The notes: generated by a model not told the origin, from the sequence alone. A DNA stretch of 64,000 bases from Felis catus (GCF_018350175.1 NC_058383.1:15874001-15938000), one strand, 5' to 3'. Counted from the first letter of the stretch, positions 1 through 13,765 are shown. Made by a program: numbers and translations.

Positions 1-955
1 CACGCTATCAAAAGTGTGAAAAGACAACCCACAGATGGGAGTAATATATCTTATATCTGATAAGAGGTCAATATCCAGAGTCTATGAAGAACTCCTTCAA
101 CAATAAACACAATTCAAAGGACTTGCGTAGACATTTCTCCAGAGAAGATTTACAAATGCTCCATAAGCACATGAAAAGATATTCACCATCAATCATTAGG
201 GAAATACAAATCAAAACCACAATGAGATACTACCTCAACCCCATTAGGATGGTTATGATTAAACCAAAAACAAAATGGAAAAAAAGAAATGTTGGCAGGG
301 GTGTGGAAAAACTGGAACCAATGTACATTGCTGGTGAGGATATAAAATGGTGCAGCTGCTATGGAAAAATGGAAAAGCCACCGTGACAGTTCTTCATAAA
401 GTTGAAAATACAATTACCATATCATCTAACAATTCCACTCGTAGATGTATATCAAAAGAATTGAAAGTAGGGACTCAAATAGATACTTGTACACCAATAT
501 TCATACCAGCGTTGTTCACAATAGCCAAAAGATGAAAACAATCCAAGTGCCCATCAACAGATGAATGGATAAAGAAAAGGTGGTATATACATACAATGGA
601 ATATTGTTTAGCTACAAAAAGGAATGAAATTCAGATAATGGTACAAAATGGATGATTTTGAAACATTATGTTTGGTGGAATAAGACAGACACTGAAGGAC
701 AAATGGTGTATGAGTCCACTTACCTGAAGTCCTAAAATAGACAAATTCATAGGGACAGAAAGTAGAATAAAGTTTACCAGGAACTAGGGGAAGGGGGATT
801 ATCTCAGTTTGAGATAATAAAAAAGTTCTGGAAATACACAGTGGTGATGGCTGCATGATATTGTGAATATACTTAATGTCACTGAATTGTTAACCTTAAA
901 AAATGTTTAAAATGATAGATTTTATGTTATATATATTTTACCACAGTTTAAAAAA
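1..955 (+). mobile_element. L1 (L1MB-type) ORF2 end and 3' UTR
   Basis: Degenerate ORF2 C-terminal peptides ([27 protein letters not shown]) and a 3' UTR ending tatattttaccaca. Confidence 0.85.
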
Positions 956-1124
956 TGTCTGAGTGCTAAGGTCTGAGACCACTCTCTGGTGAACTCTCAA
1001 AACTGACTGGTAGGGTCTTGCTTCTAGGACAGGGCCTGACTTTGAGAAGACACCGCTGGGAGTCCAATCAAATTTGAGCAGAACAGAGGCAATAGAGACA
1101 AAGAAAGAAAAGGTCTAAATCAGG

Positions 1125-1295
1125 GGCTAGGTAATAGCATTTTTGGTTTATTGGCTTGAGGGTTCATGTTGCAACTCCTCAGCTTTGCTGATTTGGCCTG
1201 AGAGCAGCTATAAACAAGATGTAAAAAAAAATTGGGCAGGACTGGGTTTCAGTAAAACTTTATAAAAACAGGTGGCCTTTGCCAGTCCTTGATCT
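1125..1295. mobile_element. MER58-like DNA transposon fragment
   Basis: gttgcaactcctcagcttt...agcagctataaaca...gtaaaactttat...aaaaacaggtggc. Confidence 0.55.
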
Positions 1296-1547
1296 GGGAG
1301 GGAAACAGAGTTGGCAAGCCATCATATTTTTTAATATTATATAAAAACAAAAGAGGGAGCTCTGTGAAGTTAGAAAAACCATACTGAACCACACAACTCC
1401 TTCTAAAACCTCCAAAAAACTAATCTCACATAAAATAAACAGCAGAAAAGGTAAAGATAAAATCTCATACAAAGTCATTACTAAAAAAAGAAAAAGAGCA
1501 GAATAACATTTTGCCCACAAAACAGCTCAAATTGTAACCTACTATTT

Positions 1548-3334
1548 TATTTTTTAAGTAAACTCTATGCCCAATGTGAGGCTCAAACTCATGACCCTGA
1601 GATCAAAGTTCCATGCTCTACCAACTGAGCCAGCCAGGTGCCCCTGTAACCTGCTATTTTAAAACCAGCTTAAAACAAAACAAAACAAAATTTTTTTAAG
1701 TAGGCCCCATGCCCAGCATGGAGCCCAACGTGGGGCATGAACTCACGACCCTGAGAAGATCTGAGCTGAGATCAAAAGTCGGATGTTTAACTGACAGAGA
1801 CACCCAGGTACCTGCTATCTAAAATTATTAAGAAAATGATACAACACAAGAAAGAACTACAGTAAAACAAATTCGAAAATCCTAGAAATGAGTAAAGAAT
1901 TGGAAACAAAGGGGGGAAATGAAAAGTAAATTAGAAGAAACACGAGCAAATAAACACAATAAAAAATATCTTAAGAGAAATAGAAGGGAGGAAAACATTT
2001 TCTTAAATTTTTTATGTTAAAAAATTTTTTTTCTTCTTTCTTTTTTTATTTTAGAGAGAGATAGAGCGTGCACAAGCGGGGAAGGATTGGATTGAGAGAA
2101 AGAGAATTTTAAGCAGGCTCCATGCTCAACACAGATCCCAATGCAGGTCTCAATCCCATGACGCTGGGATCATGCCCTGAACCGAAGTCAAGAGTCGGAT
2201 GCTCAACCACCTGAGCCACCCAGGTGCCCCCACCCCCCAATTTTTTTTTTCTAAGATTTTATTTTTAAGTAATCTCTATACCCAACATGGGGCTCAAACT
2301 CACAATCCCGAGATCAAGAGTTGTGTGCTCCACTGACAGAGCCAGACAGATGCCCTGGGAGGAAAATCATTTTTAATTGTAAAGAAGTCTGATAGAAAAG
2401 AACAAAATGGTTTGAGTGAAAATGACAAATATGTAGGACAGGCAAAGAAGAGCCAATACAGAACATAGAAGTCTCCTGGCGCCTGGGTGGCTCAGTCGGT
2501 TAAGCGTCCAACTTAGGCTCAGGTCATGACCTCGCAGTTTGTGTGCGGTCTGTGAGTTCGAGCCCCGCATCCAGCTCTGTGCTGACAGCTCAGAGCCGGG
2601 AGTCTGCTTCAGATTCTGTCTCTCCATCTCTTGGCCCCTCCCCTGCTCATGCTCTGTGTCTGTCTGTCTCTCAATAATAAATAAAGATTTAAAAAAATTT
2701 AAAAAAAAAGAACATAGAAGTCTCTGAAGTAGAGAAATGAACCAAGTAAATAAGATAAATATAAAAATCAAGAAAAATATAAAAAATCAAGATACGTATC
2801 TATAATTAAATTTTTTTTTATGTTTGTTTTTGAGACAGAGAGGCAGACAGACAGAGCATGAGCAGGAGAGGGACAGAGAGAGAGAGAGAGAAACAGAATC
2901 CAAAGCAGGCTCCACATTCCGAGCTGTTAGCAGAGCCCCACATGGGGCTCCAACCCACAAACCATGAGTTCATGACCTGAGCCAAAGTGGGATGCTTAAC
3001 CGACTGAGCCACCCAGGCATCCCTATAATTTCTTAAAAATGTCTATTCATTTATTTTGAGAGAGAGAGAGAGAGAGAGAGAGGGAGTGGGGGAGGGGTAG
3101 AGAGAGAGGGAGAGAGAGAATCCCAAGCAGGCTCTGCACTCAGTGCAGAGCTCAGTGCAGGACTCGATCTCACAAACCATGAGATCATGACCTGAGCCAA
3201 CATCAAGAGTTGGATGCTTAATCAACTGAGCCACCCAGGTGCCCCTGTATGTATCTTGATATAAAATATGCATAAATCAAGACATTATGCAAAATACAAA
3301 ATTTAAGAAAATGTTCCTGAATTGATATTTGAAA

Positions 3335-3373
<39 letters not shown>

Positions 3374-3970
3374 ATGTACCTAAGAATTCTTGACCCAAAC
3401 CCAGTGTCGAGACATACTAACAAATTCACCAGGCTTTCAGGGTACCTGGGTGGCTCAGTGTGGAGCCTGCTTGGAATTCTCTCTCTCTACCCCTCCCCTA
3501 CTTGTACTCTCTCTCTCTCTCTCTCCCCAAATAAATAAACTAAAAAAATAAATTCACTACACTTTCAGGAGAAAAACATCCTTTGGCATCTGGGCAAAAA
3601 AAAAAAAAGTGGCTTATATGAGAAACAAAATGTGGACATTGCTAGACTTTTTAAGAGCAATACTTGATAAGAATAGGAGAAAATGATTAAGATATTCAAG
3701 GAAAAGGTAATGTGACCCAAGGACTTTATATCCAGCAGAACTGACTTTTATAAATTTTTTTAATGTTTATTTATTTTTGAGGGAGAGAGAGAGAGAGTCA
3801 GAGTGTGAGTAGGGGAGGGCCAGAGAGAGAGGGAGACACAGAATCTGGAGCAGGTTCCAGGCTCAGAGCTGGCAGCACAGAGCCCAACTCGGAGCTCGAA
3901 CTCAAGAGCCGTGAGATCATGACCTGAGCCAAAGTCAGAAGCTTAACTGGCTGAGCCACCCAGACACCCC
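1548..3970. repeat. Cluster of about nine CanSINE/SINEC elements (mostly minus strand; 2476-2708 plus strand)
   Basis: Repeated ggggcgcctgggtggctcag heads or their complements, (CT)n linkers and A tails; TSD agaacatagaagtctc around 2476-2708. Confidence 0.9.
3337..3372. repeat. (CA)n microsatellite
   Basis: Direct reading. Confidence 0.95.
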
Positions 3971-5023
3971 AGAAAAACTCACTTTTAAATGTAAAGAGCA
4001 TGTACTATTATCAACATTCGAGATATTGTTTCCATGAACTCTTACTGAAGAATCTGCTAAAGAACAGTCTCAGATAACCAAAATGAGAGGTATGAACATA
4101 GCATAACCAAAACTAGAGCGATATCAACATAAGGTATGGTGAGGAGCATTATAGATATGTATAGTCAACTGTGGAACTAAGACTAAATAAAGGTTAAAAG
4201 AAGTAACTGTTATACTTCCGGTCATGTGTGTATAGAATGATTATAATGCAGGGTAAAAGGGAAAGCATATACAAAAAATATATTTAAGTATTTTCAGTCA
4301 TCACATCGGTAGTGGTAGTATTAGTTTTGTTATTCTGAGATTGTTATATATTTAAGGTGCATAAAGTAAATAAATAATTGTGAGGTATTCTAATTCTATC
4401 CTATAGAAGAGTTTAAGTAAAAACCCTGAATCTCAAGCGGAAGTAGCATCAGGACGAACTCAGAAGTTATCTTTTAAGATGTACATATATATGTATCATC
4501 CTCGCATAAATATATTCGTGTATGTATATATTTTGTGTATTTTACCTCCCTTTTACAACACAACTTGTATCTAAATTCCTAGCTTTGTTGACCGAAAAGG
4601 CCTAGAAGCAAGGTAGACACAATGACCATCCAGTGGCACTGCATAGATGATCTTGAAATACCATTTTGCCCTAGAAGAAACCAGGGCTTTTTGAAGAAAC
4701 AAAGGATTCAAGGGTAGGAAAGGTGCAAGATGAGCCTGGAACTCTTCGCATAGCAGATCACAAGGCAGCTCTCAGAGAAACTCAGGAGCCAACTTTGAAG
4801 AGGTCCCCGTGGACCAGAGGACTATTTGAGTCGCGCTAAGGATAATGATTGTGTAGATTGAAACCCATCAATAATGGGTTAAGCCCCTGGGTTAGTAATG
4901 GTGCTTAAAACAAACAAAACTAACTGGTCACCTTTGGAGGATATTTAGGAGCCAAGTCATTATTTTGAAAATAGGTAAATAAAAGGAAAGAGTCAAACAT
5001 GTATCTTGCTTTCCCTACCCTAG

Positions 5024-5584
5024 TGTAGGGTAAACAAAAATCTAAAAAAAAAAAAAAAAATGTTTTTTTTAAACCGCTGGTGCTTAAGGAAGAGAATGTT
5101 CCCCTTCCTTCTTCCCCTTCTTCCTTCTTTTCAGCATTTCGTTTTCTTTTAGAAAACCTGAAATTATAAATGCTTTCTCTGTCTCTCTGAGATATATGTA
5201 ACTCTTTAAAAAAGTTAAACAGACCTCATACCAGGAATGCCTTTCTTGGAGGCCATCTCCTTGAAATGTGAACTTGTCTCTTTGGAATTTTAAGCCTAGG
5301 TGCTTGGCTCCATAATGTAACATCCTGCTTGTCATAAAGAGACAAGTTTTATTTTTCCTGTTGATGAAGACAATTAACATGTATGTAATGGATTTTATTT
5401 GCCTGGCTGTATACAAGCAGATTTATTTTTCTTTGCAGTCTCCTTGATGGATTGCTATTATGTGAACTGCAGTCTGGTTAAATGCTTATTCAATAATGAA
5501 ACCATTTCCTCTCTTGCCTATATTTTGTAGAAGGAAATTTCTGTGTTGGCAGGAGATCTGATTTGTAATTATATTTCCCCCAAA
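5024..5584 (+). mobile_element. Old solo LTR (MER34/ERV1-like) inserted in an L1MC 3' region
   Basis: TGT start, ending aattatatttcccccaa; internal tttagaaaacctgaa and ccaggaatg motifs; the flanking L1 sequence resumes on both sides. Confidence 0.55.
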
Positions 5585-7204
5585 TGGGTAACCAATAGAA
5601 GATGAGGAAAAATATCTCGTTATAAAAATATTCCATTTCATAAAGAAAGAAAAAGTGATAGAATTAGAATACCACCATCGTGCAACCCCCAGCAAATTAA
5701 TCGATCCAGGCACTGAGCATCAACAGCTGCTAATATCACAGACAGACAATGCAGAGACTATAACGCCCCTTGCTGAAAGAACACGATACCACTTCGAGTC
5801 TTGCCAAAGGGATCAACCCTGAATCTGACCAAGTCTCTGGACCCAGTTGCTAAATGGTTGGAAAAACATAAGACAGAGGCACAAGTTCAACTGCACCATG
5901 AGTATGCCACCAGCAAAATCCAGGACTCTGTAGGTCAAACAAACTGGGATGTTGGCCATGAGATTGTAAGAAAAAGAAAGGCATGGTGAGAGATCCTAAA
6001 GATGAAGAGGCGTAAAAGGTAGGTTTAAAAAAAACAACAAAAGTGCAAGAGAAAACTATTGTGGTGGGGGATGCACACTTGGGTAACAAAACTGTAAAGA
6101 AAGCCAGTGAAGTGGCTGCCGTAAAGTTCAGGATTGTGGACACTTTATGCAGGAGGAAGGCAATTGTGTTTGGGACAGGGTGAAAGGAGGGTTTCTGAGT
6201 GACTGGCAGAGTTTTATTTCTTGACCTGAGTGTTAGTTATAAGGGTGTTCTTGTTAGAATTCATTAAGCTATTAATCATAATTATAAGTTCTCTTTATAA
6301 TTTATCCCCTTATAATTCACATGACTTATATGGGGTTTTTTTTAGTAGCTATAGTTGTGTTTTATTTTACAATAGAGAGAAGTTATGATTATTTAAACCA
6401 ACTCCTCTAATCATTGTCTTCTCAGAAAATTCTGCATGGTATTAAAACAGAAGTGACTTGCTAGTGAACTGGATGGAGGCGGGAATCAAGGGTGACTTCT
6501 CAATTTATATAACAGGGCAAGGCAAGAATTGTGAAACCATCACAAAGCCATGCATGGCTTATAACTAATAACCAACAAATGTGTCCAGTTTATAGCGAGG
6601 AGAGAATACTTCAGCATAAGATGATCAGGAAGGGCTTTCTGGAGAAGGGAAGATATGAGCCAAATTTTGAGTTAGAATTTGGATTCTTGAAGAAAGCATG
6701 TAGTACAAGCAGATGGCACCACGTACACAAACCATAGAGATGGGAAGACACAAACATCTCTTCAAGGAATGTTCTTTCCTTTACTGCCCAACTTATCTCA
6801 TCCTTCAAGTCCAAACATTACTTTCTCCAAGAACCTTCCCTGATTCTCCCAGACTGGGTCAGGTCCTCTATTTCCTTTTTTTGTTTTTCCAGTTTTTACC
6901 ATAGCTATAATTAAATGGTGAGTTGTGAAACTGGTCATTTAGCATCTCTCCCCCTAGAATATAAAACTTCCTTTAGACAGACTCTGGATGTCAGAGTCAT
7001 GTTATACTTCACTACTCAGCTCTAAGCCTTGCATGGTAGACATTCAAAAGCTTGTTGAGTAAATAAATAAGTGAAGCCATTCAGCTGGAATGAAGAGTTG
7101 TGCAGGGGACTAATAAAGTTGGAAATTTTATCAAGAGACAGATTGTGGAATGACCTAGAATGCTAGGGTTAAATGCTTAGGTTTTTATCCTTTTTGTTAA
7201 AAAA

Positions 7205-7566
7205 GAATTAACACCAAATTTATTGTCTCACAGTTCTGGAGGCTAGAAGTCCCAAGTCAATTACATTCACCAATTTACAGATGTCAAGGGGGTTGGTTTC
7301 TTCTAAGAGCTCTCTGCTTGGCAGTCCATGGCTATCTTCCACATGTGTCTCTTCACATGATCTTTTCTGTACTTGTATCTCTGTGTTCAAATTTCCCTCT
7401 TATAAAGGTTTCAGCGTATTGGATTGGCACCCACCCTAATGACTCCATTTTAACTTGATTACCTATGTAAAGAACCCTATGTCCAAAATAAGGTCACATT
7501 CTGAGGTACTATGTTAGAATGCCAAAATATGTTTTTTGTAGGGAACACAATTCAACCCATAATACA
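7205..7566 (-). mobile_element. MLT1-type (ERVL-MaLR) LTR
   Basis: aaatttattgtctcacagttctggaggctagaagtcc...aaataaggtcacattctgaggtact...cacaattcaacccataa, typical of MLT1B/C. Confidence 0.8.
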
Positions 7567-8934
7567 TGGCTAACTTCCACTCAACATTGAGATAGTTCAA
7601 AGGTTTTATTTATTCTACATAAATTTCTGTGATACTCCCTCTTTCCTGGAGCAATCTCCATGCTACATGCCCCTCCCAATGTGTTTCCATAGTATGTTTT
7701 CCTTTCTCTTGGTATTTATTAAGCAGTATTAGAAGAGCCAGCATATTATCTCTCAGTGGACTATGAGTGCCTTTAAAAACAGAGATACTCTAAATTATTT
7801 TTGTATTTCATATGCCTAGAACCATTTTTGGAATGAACGATACTACAATCTATATTTTTCTAAATCTTAATTTCCCTTGGTCACAGTAGCAAAATAAAAT
7901 GTTTTTCAAAGACATGCATGCATTGCATATTAATATACAGTTTTACTTTTTAATATTATTTAGGCAAACAGTACACCTGATATTCTAAAAACAAACAAAA
8001 TATTGAGCTTTATACTCCTAAGTAATAAGATTTCAATCTTAATTCAAGGATATATTCTCTTAAGTGGTTTTCAACATATAACTACAGTAATATGACCCTA
8101 TTCTGGAGGAAATCTGAAGCATGATTGGTCTGATGTATTGGAAAGGGTGCCTATTACAATCCTACTCTTTTGTCTGATCTTGAGATCCAGGAATTGGCTT
8201 CTAGAGTTCTTAGTACTTTAAGGGTTGAATAGAATACAGTGTAAAAATCACTAATCTATAGGACAGAAAATGAAGACTCTGAATACATATTGCTTTCTAA
8301 AAATCCTTGTTTCCTCTATTAACCAAAGAATCATAATCTCTGACTTTTGGTCTATGTATTTTTGTATTCAATGTTTAACTTTCTACTATCAGGATCTACT
8401 TATGCGTGTATATAGTTCAGAATTTTAGCTGCTATAACTTGAACCAGTGCAATAGTTTCCATTAAACTACTGAACCATTCAACACATTCTTGGCACCGTG
8501 AGAGGAATACATCTTTTCTCTTGGTTCCAGGAGGCTCAGAGCCAAAGTGGTGCTCAGTTTTAACTACACCAATGTTTCTTGTTAACATATCTGTTTCTTC
8601 TGTCTTCCATACCCTGGTTTTCTAAAAAAATGTTTTTACTGGGGTAAAATAAACATAACATAAATTTACCATTTTCACTATTTTTAAGCGTACAGGTCAG
8701 TGGCATTAAGTACATTCACCACCATCATCTCCAGAACTTTTTCATCTTCCCAAAATAAATTCTGTACCCATGAAATAGTTAACTCCCCATTTCCCTCTCT
8801 GCCCAGCCCCTGGCCCCTACCACTCTACTTTTTACCTCTACAAATTTGGCTGTTCAGGTATCTCATATAAGTGGAATGATGTAACAGTTGTCCTTTTGTG
8901 TCTGGCTTATTTCACTTAGTATAACGTCTTTTTT

Positions 8935-9137
8935 AAGGATTTTATTTTTTTGAGTTTATTTTTATTTAGAGAGAGAGATAGAGAATGACTGGCAGAGGGG
9001 CAGAGAGAGAGGGAGGAAAACCCAAGCAGGCTCTGAGCTGTCAGCACAGAGCCTGATGCGGCTCAACACCACCAACCGCGAGATCATGACCTGAGCTGAA
9101 GTCAGACGCTTAACCAACTGAGCCACCCAGGCGCCCC
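8935..9137 (-). repeat. CanSINE (SINEC_Fc-like)
   Basis: Complement of the SINE head ...tgagccacccaggcgcccc, with T-rich tail. Confidence 0.9.
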
Positions 9138-9713
9138 GACCAATTGGTTTTTAAAGACTGTGTTATTTAATTTCTACATAATTGATAATTTTTCAGTTCT
9201 CCTTCTGTTGATTTCTAATTTCATTCCATTGTAATAGGACAACATACTTTATATAATTTCAGTAGTTTTAAAAATGTATTAAGACTTGTGGCCTATCTAA
9301 CCTATGGTGTTTACTAGAGAATGCTCCATGTGTACTTGAAAAAATTATGTACCCTGCTCCTGTTGGGTAGTGTCTACATGTCTGCTATGTTCAACTGGCT
9401 TATAGTATTGTTCAGGTCCTTTATTTCCTTATTGATTCTGTCTGGGGTTCTATCATTATTGAAAGTGGTACTGATGGGAATGCAAGCTGGTGCAGCCACT
9501 CTGGAAAACAGTATGGAGGTTCCTCAAAAAACTAAAAATAGAACTACCCTACGACACAGCAACTGCACTACTAGGCATTTATCCAGAGGATACAGGTGTG
9601 CTGTTTCAAAGGGACACATGCACCCCCATGTTTATAGCAGCACTATCGACAATAGCCAAAGTATGGAAAGAGCCCACATGTCCATCGATGGATGAATGGA
9701 TAAAGAAGATGTG

Positions 9714-9753
9714 GTGTGTATATATATAATATATAATGTATATATTATATATA

Positions 9754-9785
<32 letters not shown>
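9714..9785. repeat. (TA)n/(TG)n imperfect microsatellite within L1
   Basis: Direct reading. Confidence 0.9.
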
Positions 9786-9787
<2 letters not shown>

Positions 9788-9943
9788 GGAGTATTACTCG
9801 GAAATCGAAAAGAATGAAATCTTGCCATTTGCAACTACGTGGATGGAACTGGAGGGTGTTATGCTAAGTGAAATTAGTCAGTCAGAGAAAGACAAAAATC
9901 ATATGACTTCACTCACATGAGGACTTTAAGAGACAAAACAGAT

Positions 9944-10162
9944 GGGGACGCCTGGGTGGCTCAGTCAGTTAAGCATCCGACTTCAGCTCAGGTCATGATC
10001 TTGCATTCCGTGGGTTCCAGCCCCATGTCGGGCTCTGTGCTGACAGCTCAGAGCCTAGAGCCTGCTTCAGATTCTGTGTCTCCCTCTCTCTCTGCCCCTC
10101 CCCCACTCACACCCTGTCTCTCTCTCTCAAAAATGAATACATACTAAAAAAAATTTTTTTTA
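9944..10162 (+). repeat. CanSINE inside an L1 3' UTR
   Basis: TSD aagagacaaaacagat on both sides. Confidence 0.92.
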
Positions 10163-10818
10163 AAGAGACAAAACAGATGAACATAAGGAAGGGAAATAAA
10201 AATAATATAAAAACAGGGAGGGGGACAGAAGAGACTCATAAATATGGAGAACAAACAGGGTTACTGGAGGGGTTGTGGGAGGGGGGAGGGGCTAAATGGG
10301 GAAGGGGCACTAAGGAATCTACTCCTGAAATCATCGTTGCACTATGTGCTAACTAATTTGGATGTAAATTTTAAAAAATAAAAAATAAAAGAAAAAGAAA
10401 GTGGCACTGAAATCACCGACTATTACTCTAGAGCTATCTATTTCTCTCTTCAATTCTGTCAGTTTTGCTTCAAATATTTTGATGTTTTGTTATTAAGTAC
10501 ATTCATGTTTTTAATTGTCATATCTTCTTGCTGTATTGAATCTTTTATTAACATATCTTTGTCTCTTATAATCTTTTAAAAATTTAAAGTTATTTTGTCT
10601 TATATCAGTATGTTCACTACTGCTCTTGTTTGGTTACTATTTGCATGAAATATCTTTTCCTATCCTTTCATTTTTACTCTATTTGTGTCCTTAGATCTAA
10701 AGGGAGTCACTTGGAAACAGCGCTGAACAGTTGAATCATTCTTTAAAAATCTATTCTGTCAAATTGTGCCTTTAAGTCAAGGAGTTTAATCTGTTTACAT
10801 TTAAAGTAATTGCTGATA

Positions 10819-11448
10819 ACTGCTGGTGGGAATGCAAACTGGTGCAGCCACTCTGGAAAACAGTATGGAGGTTCCTCAAAAAATTAAAAATAGAACCATC
10901 CCACGACCCAGCCATTGCACTACTAGGTATTTATCCAAGGGATACGGGTGTGCTGTTTAGAAGGGGTACATTCACCCCTATGTTTATAGCAGCGCTATCG
11001 ACAATAGCCGAAGTATGGAAAGAGCCTAAATGTCCATCGACGGATGAATGGATAAAGAAGATGTGGTATAGATATATAATGCAGTATTACTTGGTGATCA
11101 AAAAGAATGAAATCTTGCCATTTGCAACTACATGGATAGAACCAGAGGGTATCATGCTAAGCGAAATTGGTTAGAGAAAGAAAAATATCATATGATGTCA
11201 CTCATATGAGGAATCTAAGATACTAAACAAATGAACATAAGGGACGGGGAGCAAAAATAATATAAAAACAGGGAGGGGAACAAAATATGAGACTCTTAAA
11301 TATAAACAGAGGTTGCTGGAGGGGTTGTGGTGGGGGGGCTACATGGGTAAGAGGCATTAAGGAATATACTCCTGAAATCATTGTTGCACTATATGCTAAC
11401 TTGGATGTAAATTAAACGGTAAACTAATTAATTAATTAATTAAAAAAT
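10819..11448 (+). mobile_element. 5'-truncated felid/carnivore L1 3' fragment
   Basis: ORF 10842..11174 is the ORF2 C-terminus; TSD aaagtaattgctgata at 10803-10818 and 11449-11464. Confidence 0.9.
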
Positions 11449-11594
11449 AAAGTAATTGCTGATAGGGAAGAACTTACTTTTGCCCTTTTGTTGTTTGTTT
11501 CTGTATGTCTAATAGCTTTTTTTGTCCCTCGTTTCTTTAATTGCCACCTTCCTTTTTGTTTAGTTGACTTTTACTGTTTAAAAAAAATTTTTTT

Positions 11595-11810
11595 GGGGCG
11601 CCTGGGTGGCGCAGTCGGTTAAGCGTCCGACTTCAGCCAGGTCACGATCTTGCGGTCCGTGAGTTCGAGCCCCGCGTCGGGCTCTGGGCTGATGGCTCAG
11701 AGCCTGGAGCCTGTTTCCGATTCTGTGTCTCCCTCTCTCTCTGCCCCTCCCCCGTTCATGCCCTGTCTCTCTCTGTCCCAAAAATAAACGTTGAAAAAAA
11801 AATTAAAAAA
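11595..11810 (+). repeat. Very young SINEC_Fc inserted in the tail of an opposite-strand SINE (11815-12006)
   Basis: CpG-rich, near-identical to 42069-42289 and 63717-63944; flanked by aaaaaaatttttt on both sides. Confidence 0.92.
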
Positions 11811-12159
11811 AAATTTTTTTTAATGTTTATTTATTTTTGGGAGACCGAGACAGAATAGGGGAGGGGCAGAGAGAGAGACAGACACAGAATCTGAACCACA
11901 GAGCCGGTCAGCACAGAGCCCGACATGGGGCTCAAACCCGCGAAGCATGGGATCATGACCTGGGCTGAAGTCGGACGCTCAACCGGCTGAGCCACCCAGG
12001 CGCCCCAATTTTTATTGTTTTTGTGACATATTTTAATTCCTTTCTCATTTCCTCTTGTGTAGTTTTGAAATATTTTACTTGTGGTTATCGTGGGGATTAT
12101 ACATAACATCCTAATGTTATAAGAATCTATTTTCATTGATACAAATTTAAATCACAAAC

Positions 12160-12484
12160 CACTGCTTTGGATCCTGTGTCTCCCTTTCTCTCTGTGCCCC
12201 TCCCCTGCTCTTGCTCTGTCTCTGTCTCTCAAAAATAAAGAAATGTTAAAAATTTTAAAAGAAAAAGGTGGGGGGGGGGCACCTGGATGGCTCAGCTGGT
12301 TAAGCATCAGACTTCAGCTCAGCTCAGTTTGTGAGTTCAAGCCCCAAGTCGGGCTGACAGCTTAGAGCCTGGTACCTGCTTTGGATCCTGTGTCTCCCTT
12401 TCTTCCTGTGCTCCTTCCCCATTCATGCTCTGTCTCTCTCTCTCTCTCTCAAAAATGAACAAACATTTAAAACATTTTTTTTTT
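12160..12484 (+). repeat. Composite CanSINE (3' half copy plus full copy) within one TSD pair
   Basis: TSD aatcacaaac at 12150-12159 and 12485-12494. Confidence 0.75.
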
Positions 12485-13059
12485 AATCACAAACAAAAAC
12501 ACTTTTGCCGCTCTACTTCTATCCCTCTCCACACTTTGTTACTGATGACACAAATTACATCTTTGTATAATGGGCACCTTTTAACATAGGCTTATGATTT
12601 TTTATGCTTTTCTCTTTTAAATCCTATAAAAGAATAAAAAACAAAATTACAAACCAAAATTACAATACTGGTTTTTATATTTGCCCTTGTATTTACCTTT
12701 GCTGGAGAGCTTTATATCTTCATATGATGTTGAATTACTACCCAGAGTCCTCTCATTTCAACCTAAAGTTCTTTCCTGAGAATTTCTTGTAGGTCAGATC
12801 TAGTGGTAATAAACTCCTTCAGCTTTTGTCTATCTAGGAAAGTCTTAATTTCTCCCTCATTACCAATATTTTTTTAATGTTTATTTATTTTGAGAGAACA
12901 TGAGAGGGGGAGGAGCAGAGAGAGGGGGAGAGAATCCCCAGCAGGCTCTGCACCATCAGTACAGAGCATGATGCGGGGCTTGAACCCATGAAACATGAAC
13001 TCATGACCTTTGTTGAAACCAAGAGTTGGTCACTCGACTGAGCCACCCAGGCACCTCCC

Positions 13060-13765
13060 AAAATATTTTTAAACTGTGATAAAAATATAAAATTTGCTAT
13101 CTTCACCACTTTAAGTGTACAGCTCATTAGTGTTAATATATTCACATTATTGTGCAACCTATTTCCAGAACTCTTTTCATCTTGCAAAACTGAAACTGTA
13201 AGCTCATTATACAACAGTAACCCATCATTTCCTCCCCTCAGTCCGTGACAACTACCGTTCTACTTTTGTGTTTATGAGTTTGGCTCTATTCTAGGTATCT
13301 CATATAAGTAGAACCATGCAGTATTTTTTTTGTGACTGGCTTATTTCACTTAGCATAATAGCCTCAAGATTCATCCATGTTGTACCCTGTGTTAGATTTT
13401 TCTTCCTTTTTAAAGCTGACTAGTATTTCATTGAGTGTGTATACCACATTTTGTTTACCCATTAATCTGCCAATGGACACTTGGTTTGCTTCCTTGATTA
13501 GGGAATTGTGAATAATGCTGCTATGAACATGGGTGTACACATATGTCTTTGAGAGCTTGCTTTCAATTCTTTGAGTATATACCCAGAGGTGGAAAATTGC
13601 TGGATCATATGGTAATACTGTTTAATTTTCTGAGGATGTGTCTTGCTGTTTTTGGACTGCTAAGCCATTTTACATTCCCATCAACAGTGCACGAGGGTTC
13701 CAATTTCTCCACACTTGTTATTTTCTGTTTGGTTTGATAGAAGCCATCCTAATGGGTGTGAGGTG
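13060..13765 (-). mobile_element. L1MB-type 3' fragment nested in the older L1
   Basis: aatggacacttgg...gctgctatgaacatgggtgtaca...gctggatcatatggtaa ORF2-end motifs and 3' UTR. Confidence 0.75.

Larger units (their letters stand above)
1810..6375 (+). mobile_element. Old L1M (ORF1 remnants to L1MC/ME 3' end), fragmented by SINEs and an LTR
   Basis: ORF1-like A-rich sequence and L1MC-type 3' UTR motifs (gatagaattagaataccaccat, cagcaaaatccag). Confidence 0.6.
9475..10396 (+). mobile_element. 5'-truncated felid/carnivore L1 3' fragment (contains a TA repeat and a SINE)
   Basis: ORF2 C-terminus [24 protein letters not shown] gaaagtgg(t/c)actga at 9461-9474 and 10397-10410. Confidence 0.9.
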
